Made by a program: the position numbers and the translations under genes. Positions 1-6,782 of a DNA stretch of 19,783 nt are shown one piece after another. The stretch covers positions 1 to 19,783 of the forward strand of contig JBBQPO010000093.1 of NCBI GenBank assembly GCA_038217285.1, read 5' to 3'. Origin of the DNA: Chthonomonadales bacterium. Lineage in GTDB: Bacteria; Armatimonadota; Chthonomonadetes; Chthonomonadales; Chthonomonadaceae. The stretch's first letter is position 1; each line of letters opens with the position of its first letter. A model generated the notes under the pieces. That model was not told the origin of the DNA and did not search any database. It saw nothing but the letters and a program-made list of their open reading frames with translations.

Positions 1-87
1 CAGGAGTTCTGCGAGCGCGTTGTGGGTGAGCCCGAAGAGGGAGCGGACTTTGTCTTCGGGATAAGTGGTTAAGGTAGAAAGGTTCAT
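1..87 (-). CDS. N-terminal fragment of a probable IS5-family (ISL2/IS702-like, HTH_Tnp_4) transposase; runs off the window edge
   Basis: Manual translation from ATG at 87 gives MNLSTLTTYPEDKVRSLFGLTHNALAELL, open to position 1. It resembles the 'xRxLxGLxxxxFxxLL' start of HTH_Tnp_4 transposases. A TAAAAT box lies 6 nt upstream. Only 29 codons are visible. Confidence 0.5.
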   Translation of the reverse strand, partial: MNLSTLTTYPEDKVRSLFGLTHNALAELL

Positions 88-140
88 GCCTCTATTTTAC
101 CCGATCCGTGAATGTCAAGACTTTATTCGTCGGAGTATCT
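1..140 (-). mobile_element. Probable left end of an IS5-family insertion sequence inserted downstream of hisC
   Basis: The minus strand reads (TAAT)AGATACTCCGACGAATAAAGTC about 50 nt upstream of the transposase-like ATG. This resembles ISL2-group terminal IRs at an AT-rich target. The partner IR lies outside the window, so it cannot be confirmed. Confidence 0.4.
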
Positions 141-202
141 ATTACAAGATGCGGTGTTATGACATAGATTTTTCCTGTACTGATTGGCTTTTTAGGGATA
201 AC

Positions 203-1321
203 CTATCCGCCGAGAATTTCGCGGAGGGCGGTGAGGAATTTGGCGTTTTCGGCTTCGGTGCCGACGGTGACACGCAGGTAGGTCGGGACGTGCCAGGGCG
301 TGCCGGTGCGGGTGATGACGCCCTTGTGCAGCAGGGCCGTGTAGACCTCCTGGCAGTCGCGGCGGACATCGACCCAGACGAAGTTGGCATGGGTGGGCGT
401 ATAGGGCAGGGCCAACTCCTCGAAGGCGGCGTAGAAGGCGCACTTTCCGACGGTGTTCATGGCGACCGTGCGGGCGACGTGCTCCGTATCCGTGATGGCG
501 GCTTCGGCGGCGACCTGCGCCATGTAGTTGACGTTGAACGGCTCGCGGGTTCGCTCCAGCCAAGCGGCGATATCGGGCCGCATTGCGCCGAACCCGATCC
601 GATGCCCTGCCAGACCGTAGGCTTTCGAGAACGTTCGCAGGACGACCACGTTGCGCCCTGCCCGCACATAGTCCAGGCCCTGCGGATAGTCGGGATCGGC
701 GGTGGCGTACTCGTAGTAGGCTTCATCGAGCACGACTAGAACCCGCTCGGGCAGGCCGTCGAGGAACCGGTCGAGCGCGACGCGCGACACGATGGTCCCG
801 GTCGGATTGTTCGGATTGGTGATGAAGATCAGCCGCGTATGGCAATTGACCTTCGCCTTCATCGCGTTGAGGTCGTGAACCCAGTCGGCGGTCAGCGGGA
901 CCAGGTGGCAGGGCGCGTTGTTCAGGATCGCCGCCGCCTCGTAGCGCACGAACGATGGATCGCCCTGAATCACCTCGTCTCCCGGCTCCAGAAAGGTCAC
1001 GCCGAGCAGATGAATGATGTCGTCGGAGCCGTTGCCGAAGGCCAGCGTCTCGGGAGCGATATCGAGTGCGGTCGCGACCGCATGCCGCAGACGGAAGTTG
1101 CTGGCGTCGGGATAGTGGTGCATCTTCTCCGCCATCCTATGCACCGCTTCGATAGCCATCGGGGAAGGCCCGAGCGAATTTTCGTTGCTGGCGAGCTTGA
1201 TGATCCCGGTGATGCCGAGTTCGCGTTCCACTTCCTCGATAGGCTTGCCGGGACCGTAGGGAACCAGTCGGCCGATGTTTTCAGCGACCTCGGAAAGCCC
1301 TGCGGCGGGAGTCTGTGTCAT
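203..1321 (-). CDS. hisC: Histidinol-phosphate transaminase
   Basis: 372 aa with Y-x-PGKPIEE, IKLASNEN, YPD, GNGSDD, NPNNPTG, DEAYYEY and the PLP-lysine motif RTFSKAYGLAG-R-G. Confidence 0.96.
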   Translation of the reverse strand: MTQTPAAGLSEVAENIGRLVPYGPGKPIEEVERELGITGIIKLASNENSLGPSPMAIEAVHRMAEKMHHYPDASNFRLRHAVATALDIAPETLAFGNGSDDIIHLLGVTFLEPGDEVIQGDPSFVRYEAAAILNNAPCHLVPLTADWVHDLNAMKAKVNCHTRLIFITNPNNPTGTIVSRVALDRFLDGLPERVLVVLDEAYYEYATADPDYPQGLDYVRAGRNVVVLRTFSKAYGLAGHRIGFGAMRPDIAAWLERTREPFNVNYMAQVAAEAAITDTEHVARTVAMNTVGKCAFYAAFEELALPYTPTHANFVWVDVRRDCQEVYTALLHKGVITRTGTPWHVPTYLRVTVGTEAENAKFLTALREILGG

Positions 1322-1339
1322 GGGAGTCCAGTCGTCCTT

Positions 1340-2530
1340 TCAGTCTTTAAAAAGGTCATCGATAAGTCGGTAGCCTTCGGGCAGGCGAGTTTTGGCTTCA
1401 GCCTCGCCTCGCTCGTCGTAGGGCAGATGCCCGCCGCCGCGAATCATTTTGCGCGAGTCGTAGAGCAGGAACGGCACCGGACCGATGACATGGCCGCGCG
1501 TGCTGACCGGCGTCTTGTGGTCGGGCGCGCAGAGCAGGCGGAAATCGTCCCGCTTTCTCATGCCCTCGACGATCACGCCAACGACGTGCTTGTCGAAGTT
1601 CTCGATGGCGCGGATCTTCTCGTCGATACTGCCCGCGTGTCCCGCCTCGTCCGGCGACTCGACATGCACCCAGACGAAATCGTGCCGCGCCAGCGCATCG
1701 AGCGCGTACTGCGCCTTGCCGCGATAGTTGGTATCGAAGTAGCCTGTCGCCCCCGGCACATCGATGATCTCCAGCCCTGTCAGCCGTCCCAGGCCGCGCA
1801 CGACATCCACCGCCGAGATCACCGCGCCGGTCTTACCGCGCATTTTGAAAAACGACTCCAACTGCGGTGTTCGCCCCGGACTCCACGGCCAGAGCGTATT
1901 GGCGGGCGGCTTGCCCTCCTCGCGCCGCGAATGGTTGAACGGCAGATCGTCCAGCAGATTCATCGAGTCTTCGATGAATCGCCGCAGCTTCGTGTCGCTA
2001 TCGCCGACGGGCAGAATGTCTGCCAGCAGCTTCCCCATGTTCTCATGCGGCGGCGCGGTCTGGACTTCGGTGGGGCCATCCTTCCAACGCAGAATATGCC
2101 GATAAGAGACGCCGGGGAAAAGGTCGAGGTAGGAGGTTCCGAGCTTCTTATTCGCCAGTTCGATCAGCGGGCGCGCCTCTTCCGTCGAGATATGGCCCGC
2201 GCTGTAGTCGAGCAGAGTGACGCCGTCCGTGGAGATCAGGGAGCAGCGAAACGCGACATCCTTATCATCCAGCGGAATCTGCATTGCAGCCGCTTCGATC
2301 GGGCCGCGCCCGGTATAGAAGCGGGTCGGATCGTAGCCGAGCAGGGCCATATTCGCCGCGTCGCTGCCGGGATACATACCGGGCGGCGTCACCTCGACGC
2401 TACCCACCAGACCGTTCTGTGCCAGGGCATCGAGAAAAGGCGTCTGCGCCACTTCCATCGGCGTCTTACCGTCGAGATCGGAGAGCGGCTCATCGGCCGC
2501 ACCATCGGGAACGAGGAGGATATATTTCAT
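1340..2530 (-). CDS. apgM: Cofactor-independent phosphoglycerate mutase, ApgM/archaeal type (alkaline phosphatase superfamily)
   Basis: 396 aa with MKYILLVPDGAAD, GKTP, PGSDAAN (phospho-Ser), YTGRGPIEA, HVESPDEAGHAG and PDHKTP...H metal ligands. Confidence 0.9.
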   Translation of the reverse strand: MKYILLVPDGAADEPLSDLDGKTPMEVAQTPFLDALAQNGLVGSVEVTPPGMYPGSDAANMALLGYDPTRFYTGRGPIEAAAMQIPLDDKDVAFRCSLISTDGVTLLDYSAGHISTEEARPLIELANKKLGTSYLDLFPGVSYRHILRWKDGPTEVQTAPPHENMGKLLADILPVGDSDTKLRRFIEDSMNLLDDLPFNHSRREEGKPPANTLWPWSPGRTPQLESFFKMRGKTGAVISAVDVVRGLGRLTGLEIIDVPGATGYFDTNYRGKAQYALDALARHDFVWVHVESPDEAGHAGSIDEKIRAIENFDKHVVGVIVEGMRKRDDFRLLCAPDHKTPVSTRGHVIGPVPFLLYDSRKMIRGGGHLPYDERGEAEAKTRLPEGYRLIDDLFKD

Positions 2531-2538
2531 GGTGCTAC

Positions 2539-2544
2539 AGTATA
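2539..2544 (-). promoter_or_regulatory. -10 box (TATACT) of a probable leaderless apgM promoter
   Basis: The minus strand reads GGGG-TATACT-GTAGCACC-ATG: a -10 hexamer 8 nt before the start codon, with no Shine-Dalgarno and no convincing -35. Confidence 0.55.
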
Positions 2545-2566
2545 CCCCGTTCGCGTGGCCGCTCGT

Positions 2567-3271
2567 TTACGGGCGGCGTTCCTTGGAGGTGCGGCGTAAC
2601 TCGTCGATGTCGAGTTCTTCCGTCTCGACTTCGCGACTGCGGCCCAGGCCGAAAAGGTGGGCGGCGCGGGTCCAGCCACGCATAGGACCGCCCCCTGCGC
2701 CTTCCTGATAGCGGGCGCGGGCGAGGTTCTTCGTCACATTCTCTTTCGGGGCTTGCGGGACGGTGACTTCGGGCTGCTGCTGGAGGGTCGGAAACTCGGC
2801 GTCGAAGGCTTCCATCTCCGGGTCCACTTTCAGAGAGCGGAACGGTGCGGCGGTCGAAGGAGCGAGAATGCTGAACTTGAGAACGGAGGTGTTGAAATGC
2901 TTGATCCGGCGCAGGTAGTTGTCGCGGCAGCGGGTGTGCCATTCCGCAAACTGACGCACCGCCGCATGGTCGGCAGGCAGCTTCTGCGGCTCCAGACGGG
3001 CGCGGCGCTTCGTGTTTTCTGCGGCCATGCGCTCTTTATAGCGCGCCATCTCCTCACGCTCTGCTGTGATCTCATGCCGAACCTGAATCCATTCCGGCAG
3101 TACACCGGCATTCTTCAGAACCTTGTTCGCCATGCGGACATCGAGCGGCAGGGAGCCTGCCTCTTCCAGTTCGAGCGGCTTGCCCATGCCCGGAAGGTTG
3201 TCGAACTTCCCCTCTTCGATGCCTTCCTGTATCTTGCGTTCCGCGATCTTGCCGATGACGTCCAGATTCAT
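2567..3271 (-). CDS. DUF1992 / DnaJC28-conserved-domain protein
   Basis: The N-terminus IAERKIQEGIEEGKFDNLPGMGKPL...MANKVLKNAGVLPEWI is the DUF1992 signature. It has an extended helical C-terminus. Confidence 0.88.
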   Translation of the reverse strand: MNLDVIGKIAERKIQEGIEEGKFDNLPGMGKPLELEEAGSLPLDVRMANKVLKNAGVLPEWIQVRHEITAEREEMARYKERMAAENTKRRARLEPQKLPADHAAVRQFAEWHTRCRDNYLRRIKHFNTSVLKFSILAPSTAAPFRSLKVDPEMEAFDAEFPTLQQQPEVTVPQAPKENVTKNLARARYQEGAGGGPMRGWTRAAHLFGLGRSREVETEELDIDELRRTSKERRP

Positions 3272-3287
3272 GGCAAAAACCCTTTCT

Positions 3288-4187
3288 TTACGGCTCTAAC
3301 GCTTTGCTGACCCAGCCGTTGGCGGCGGTCAATAGCTGAACGGCCTGCGGCGCGGAGACGTCTCGCCGGATCATGACAATGGCGGTCTTGACCTGCCCGT
3401 CCGCCGCTTCCAGAGCAGCTTCCGCAGTGGAGCGATTCGCGTCCGTCGCACACATCAATATACGCACGGCGCGGTCCCGAAGTTTGACATTGCTCGCCCG
3501 CACATCCACCATAAGATTGCCGTAGACCTTGCCGAGGCGAACCATGGCGGCGGTCGTGAGCAGGTTCAAAATCAGCTTCTGGGCCGTTCCGGCCTTCAGA
3601 CGCGTCGAGCCGGTCACGACCTCCGGCCCGGTCACGGCCTCGATAGCGAGATCCGCATGCCGCGCGAGCGCGGAGGCCGAGACATTGGCCAGGGAAACCG
3701 TGAACGCGCCCGCCTCCCGAGCGGCGTCCAAAGCTCCGATAACGTAAGGCGTTCTTCCGCTCGCTGCGATCCCGACGACTACATCCCGCGCCGTGACGCC
3801 GCGCTCCCGAATATCGGCGGCGCCTATCTCCGGACTGTCCTCCGCGCCTTCAATAGGATTGCGGAGGGCGAAATCACCCCCTGCAATAATTCCCTGCACC
3901 AGCTCTTTCGAAACTCCAAAAGTCGGTGGACACTCGCTGGCGTCCAGCACACCGAGGCGTCCACTCGTGCCTGCGCCGATATAGAAGAGCCGCCCTCCTT
4001 GCGCCAGTCGCTCCGCCAGGACGTCCACGACCTGGACCACCTCCGGCAGCACCTTTTCGACCGCAGCGAACGCCTCCAAACTTTCGCCATGCATCCGCTG
4101 CACGAGTTCGGTGGTGGAAAGCTGGTCTAAATCCATCGTGCGCGGATTGCGGCCCTCCGTCTCAAGGCGGGCAAAATCTTCGTTCAT
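3288..4187 (-). CDS. murQ: N-acetylmuramic acid 6-phosphate etherase
   Basis: Motifs TEGRNP, GAGTSGRLGVLDASECPPTFG, EGAED, GIAASGRTPYV, GPEVVTGSTRLKAGTAQK and GKVYGNLMVDV. Start moved from the ORF-track 4337 to ATG 4187, which has SD GGAGGAG and gives 299 aa, a typical MurQ size. Confidence 0.96.
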   Translation of the reverse strand: MNEDFARLETEGRNPRTMDLDQLSTTELVQRMHGESLEAFAAVEKVLPEVVQVVDVLAERLAQGGRLFYIGAGTSGRLGVLDASECPPTFGVSKELVQGIIAGGDFALRNPIEGAEDSPEIGAADIRERGVTARDVVVGIAASGRTPYVIGALDAAREAGAFTVSLANVSASALARHADLAIEAVTGPEVVTGSTRLKAGTAQKLILNLLTTAAMVRLGKVYGNLMVDVRASNVKLRDRAVRILMCATDANRSTAEAALEAADGQVKTAIVMIRRDVSAPQAVQLLTAANGWVSKALEP

Positions 4188-4239
4188 CTCTCTCCTCCGA
4201 AGGATTTCAATCCATCGCCTGTCTTCGCTCATGGGGCTT

Positions 4240-5496
4240 CTATACCTGATGTTTGGGGGCGCGGCGGTGATGGTGCAGCCGTTTGCCCGGTTTCGCAGGC
4301 ACAGGCAGGGCGAAGCCGCTGCGGGCCAGCAGGACATGATCGACGTAGTTCGGGTCGCCCCGCTTCAGGCCGATGCCGCCGCGCGTCGGGTCCGGCTTCC
4401 AGCCGATCACGCGCACATTCAGGCAGGTGTCGTCCAGGCACAGATCGCAGGCGTATTCACTGCCGCCGTTGTAGCGCCGAATCGCCTCTCGCTCACGTTG
4501 TGTCAGTTTCAGATGATCGGGATCGAGCTCACCCGGCAGGAGACCCGAACCGGGCGCATCGGAGATCGGCGGCGCCTCCGGCAATGGCAGCCAGTCCAGG
4601 CCGCACAAGACGCGGCTTAGATTCGCGCCTGCAAGGTTCGCCCTGCCCTCGAAGGTATACGGTATGCGCTGCATGCGATTCGATCTGGACGCGGAACGGG
4701 AGGCGAGGGTGGTCTGTCGTTTTCCGGCCAGCATTGCCAGGCCACGGCGCAGGTTCGCCCGCCAGTCCCAGACCTCGTCAGGGCCGGAGATACCGCCCGA
4801 AGGCGCGTTCAACTGCATCAACCCGATGTCTTTGCTCGGCGAGACGTAGGGCTGACCACCCGGATCGATCCCCTTCGCCGGCGTGAACTGCTGCAGTCCG
4901 CTCTCCGCCATGCCGATCTTCGCAGCGATGAGCCCGGTGCGGTTCGGCGGATAGGCACGGAGCACCATACTGTGGGAGGGATTGTCCGCCAGCACCTCCG
5001 CCTGGGCTCTGCCGAGCACCTCTTTGCCGTTCAGCAGGGTTTTGGTGAACACGGTCAATGTGCCGCCACGAATCTCGCCCTCCAGGTCGATTCTAAGCGG
5101 ACTCGGCTGTGTAAAGGTCTGTTTTTCGATCCGATGACAGGTCGGATAAGGCTTGTAGTCCCAGCGCAGATAGGCATGCCACACGAACTCCGTGGGTAGA
5201 GGAGCAGCAGAGGGCCAGTTCAGAACGGCGGCAGCCGCAAACACATCGTTCGGCATCTGGGGCGCGCCGGTCTTAGGATCGATGGTGATGCGATAGAGCG
5301 ACCGCGACAACGTCACCCGGAGCGCCGGGAGCGGTAAGGAGACGGGCGGCGACGGCAGAGGACCGTAGGCGCCCTGCGCGCAAGTCGAAGATCCGGCGCA
5401 CAGACAGAGGATCCCTAAAAATAGCGGCCACAAGGCAACGAACGAACCCGTGCGACGACCCCGACATACGGCGCGGAAAACAGACTGTGTTGACAA
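4240..5496 (-). CDS. Secreted protein with a divergent lytic transglycosylase (SLT/lysozyme-like) domain
   Basis: Signal-peptide-like N-terminus (RGRR...VALWPLFLGILCLCA). SLT-like motifs occur in order: AES (Glu at 4903-4905), D-x-GLMQL, NL-x-x-G-x-x-ML, A-x-x-x-YNGG, YVDHVL. The start is uncertain: TTG 5496 has SD GAGGGG, while the ORF track uses 5568. Confidence 0.65.
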   Translation of the reverse strand: MSTQSVFRAVCRGRRTGSFVALWPLFLGILCLCAGSSTCAQGAYGPLPSPPVSLPLPALRVTLSRSLYRITIDPKTGAPQMPNDVFAAAAVLNWPSAAPLPTEFVWHAYLRWDYKPYPTCHRIEKQTFTQPSPLRIDLEGEIRGGTLTVFTKTLLNGKEVLGRAQAEVLADNPSHSMVLRAYPPNRTGLIAAKIGMAESGLQQFTPAKGIDPGGQPYVSPSKDIGLMQLNAPSGGISGPDEVWDWRANLRRGLAMLAGKRQTTLASRSASRSNRMQRIPYTFEGRANLAGANLSRVLCGLDWLPLPEAPPISDAPGSGLLPGELDPDHLKLTQREREAIRRYNGGSEYACDLCLDDTCLNVRVIGWKPDPTRGGIGLKRGDPNYVDHVLLARSGFALPVPAKPGKRLHHHRRAPKHQV

Positions 5497-5626
5497 CAAG
5501 AATCCCCTCTGCGGCTCATCGTGAAGCCGTTTCGAAACCGACAGTATTCCTGTCCACCGCCGTACCATCCTGATACCGGCGACAGACCTTGCGGGCGCAA
5601 AGATAATCCTTCAACGGTATGCCCCG

Positions 5627-5656
5627 ATTTTACTCTACGTAGAGCGTTGGAATCAA
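5627..5656 (-). promoter_or_regulatory. Putative sigma70 promoter for the SLT-murQ-DUF1992 unit, with a palindrome in the spacer
   Basis: Minus strand TTGATT (5656-5651), 18-nt spacer, TAAAAT (5632-5627). A perfect 12-bp palindrome CTCTACGTAGAG lies at 5633-5644. The site is just downstream of a terminator. Confidence 0.5.
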
Positions 5657-5661
5657 GTTCG

Positions 5662-5696
5662 AAACAGCAAAAACCCGCGTCTGAAAGGGACACGGG
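5662..5696 (-). terminator. Intrinsic terminator after the beta-barrel/LecA-like operon
   Basis: Minus-strand RNA CCCGUGUC-CCUUUCA-GACGCGGG-UUUUUGCUGUUU forms an 8-bp stem (one G-U pair) followed by a U tract, 45 nt after the stop at 5741. Confidence 0.75.
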
Positions 5697-5740
5697 CCAG
5701 GCATAACGATCAAAACATACGAGAACCTTGTCTGCACACC

Positions 5741-6757
5741 TTATTGTGGGTCGCCAAGGTCGTAAGCATCTGTGACGCGGAGTTTGACCCGGAAACTGCC
5801 GATGTTGTTCTGCCAGTGCGGACTGTCGTTGACGGCGAAGTAGAGACGTCCCGCGCCTGGAGCGGCCTTGCTGTAGTGCTGCCCGACCAGGAAGCGGAGG
5901 CCACCGGAGCCGATCCGCCCCAGCACCGCTCCGTACGGCTGCCCGTCGTAAAGATTGGTGTTGTAGTGTGGCCCCGGCACTTTGAGGCCGTCGGGATCGG
6001 CGAGCCAGCCATCGACGCTGAAGGAGAGCCGGACACGGCCCTGAGCGGTTTCGTCGATCTTCGAGCCGGTTTCTACCTCGACCCCGCTATCCAGAAACTC
6101 GATCTGCACACAGTGATACAGGGCCTGGAGGTCGAAGGTACGAACGACTTCATTGCGGCGCACGGCCAGGCGACGCACGCCGGCAGCGGGGACGGGCAGG
6201 GTCGTTCCATCGACGATCAGTTGCAGATCCGGAAGCAGGACTTTGCCGCGCAGGGCCGAGCCGTCCGCGAGGCGCACGAGATCGAGGGTCCGGTCCGGGT
6301 CATCGGCGTAGCCAGGAACGATGCGGGCGAACAGCCGATAGAGCGGGTATGGCTCGTGCATATCGGTGTCTTTGTAGGAATCGAGCAACGGCGTGAGCAC
6401 AGGCAGACCGATGTCGGTCAGCTCCCCGACCGCCCGCTCACGGGCTGCTCTGTCTGTGTTGGCGCTGACAGTGGCAATATCGGCCGTGATGTGGGCCTGC
6501 TCCGAAGGGCTGACCGGTCCACCGAACGCCACGCTGAGCACATCGCGCAGTGCGATCTTACGAACCTTGCCGCCTGTAGCGACATCCAGCGATGCTGTCG
6601 TCAGAGAACCCTCGACACTCTTGCCGTCGCGCGTCAACAACTGCACTATGGATCCGCTTTTCGCGGCATGGCGGCTCTGGGTCCCGCCGGACGCGAGCGC
6701 AGGGTGCGCTCCCAACGATAGGATCGTCAGGCCCAGTACAAATCCGATAGTGCGCAT
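5741..6757 (-). CDS. Secreted hypothetical protein with a C-terminal LecA/PA-IL-like (galactose-binding-like) domain
   Basis: Signal peptide MRTIGFVLGLTILSLGAHPALA. The C-terminus GAVLGRIG...FLVG...GRLYFAVND...NNIGSFRVKL matches the PA-IL-like pattern. Start taken as ATG 6757 with SD AAGGAG. Confidence 0.7.
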   Translation of the reverse strand: MRTIGFVLGLTILSLGAHPALASGGTQSRHAAKSGSIVQLLTRDGKSVEGSLTTASLDVATGGKVRKIALRDVLSVAFGGPVSPSEQAHITADIATVSANTDRAARERAVGELTDIGLPVLTPLLDSYKDTDMHEPYPLYRLFARIVPGYADDPDRTLDLVRLADGSALRGKVLLPDLQLIVDGTTLPVPAAGVRRLAVRRNEVVRTFDLQALYHCVQIEFLDSGVEVETGSKIDETAQGRVRLSFSVDGWLADPDGLKVPGPHYNTNLYDGQPYGAVLGRIGSGGLRFLVGQHYSKAAPGAGRLYFAVNDSPHWQNNIGSFRVKLRVTDAYDLGDPQ

Positions 6758-6782
6758 AGCTCTCCTTAACACGCGAGGTATT

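Noticed and set aside
94-118. TTGACA and TAAAAT upstream of the left-edge transposase as a canonical -35/-10 pair
   Set aside because: The spacer is only 13 nt; only the -10 element is credible.
65-739. 224-aa plus-strand ORF
   Set aside because: Mostly antisense to hisC and spans an AT-rich intergenic/IS end; no motifs.
839-2599. 586-aa plus-strand ORF
   Set aside because: Antisense shadow of hisC/apgM in GC-rich DNA; no recognisable motifs.
4188-4337. N-terminal extension of murQ, including a possible leaderless ATG at 4232
   Set aside because: It overlaps the upstream gene. ATG 4187 has a strong SD and gives normal MurQ length. The TATAGA before 4232 lacks the conserved final T.
5665-5705. 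GCAAAA...GAAA hairpin resembling a c-di-GMP-I riboswitch on the plus strand
   Set aside because: It lacks the second stem and has no downstream plus-strand gene. It is better explained as a minus-strand intrinsic terminator.
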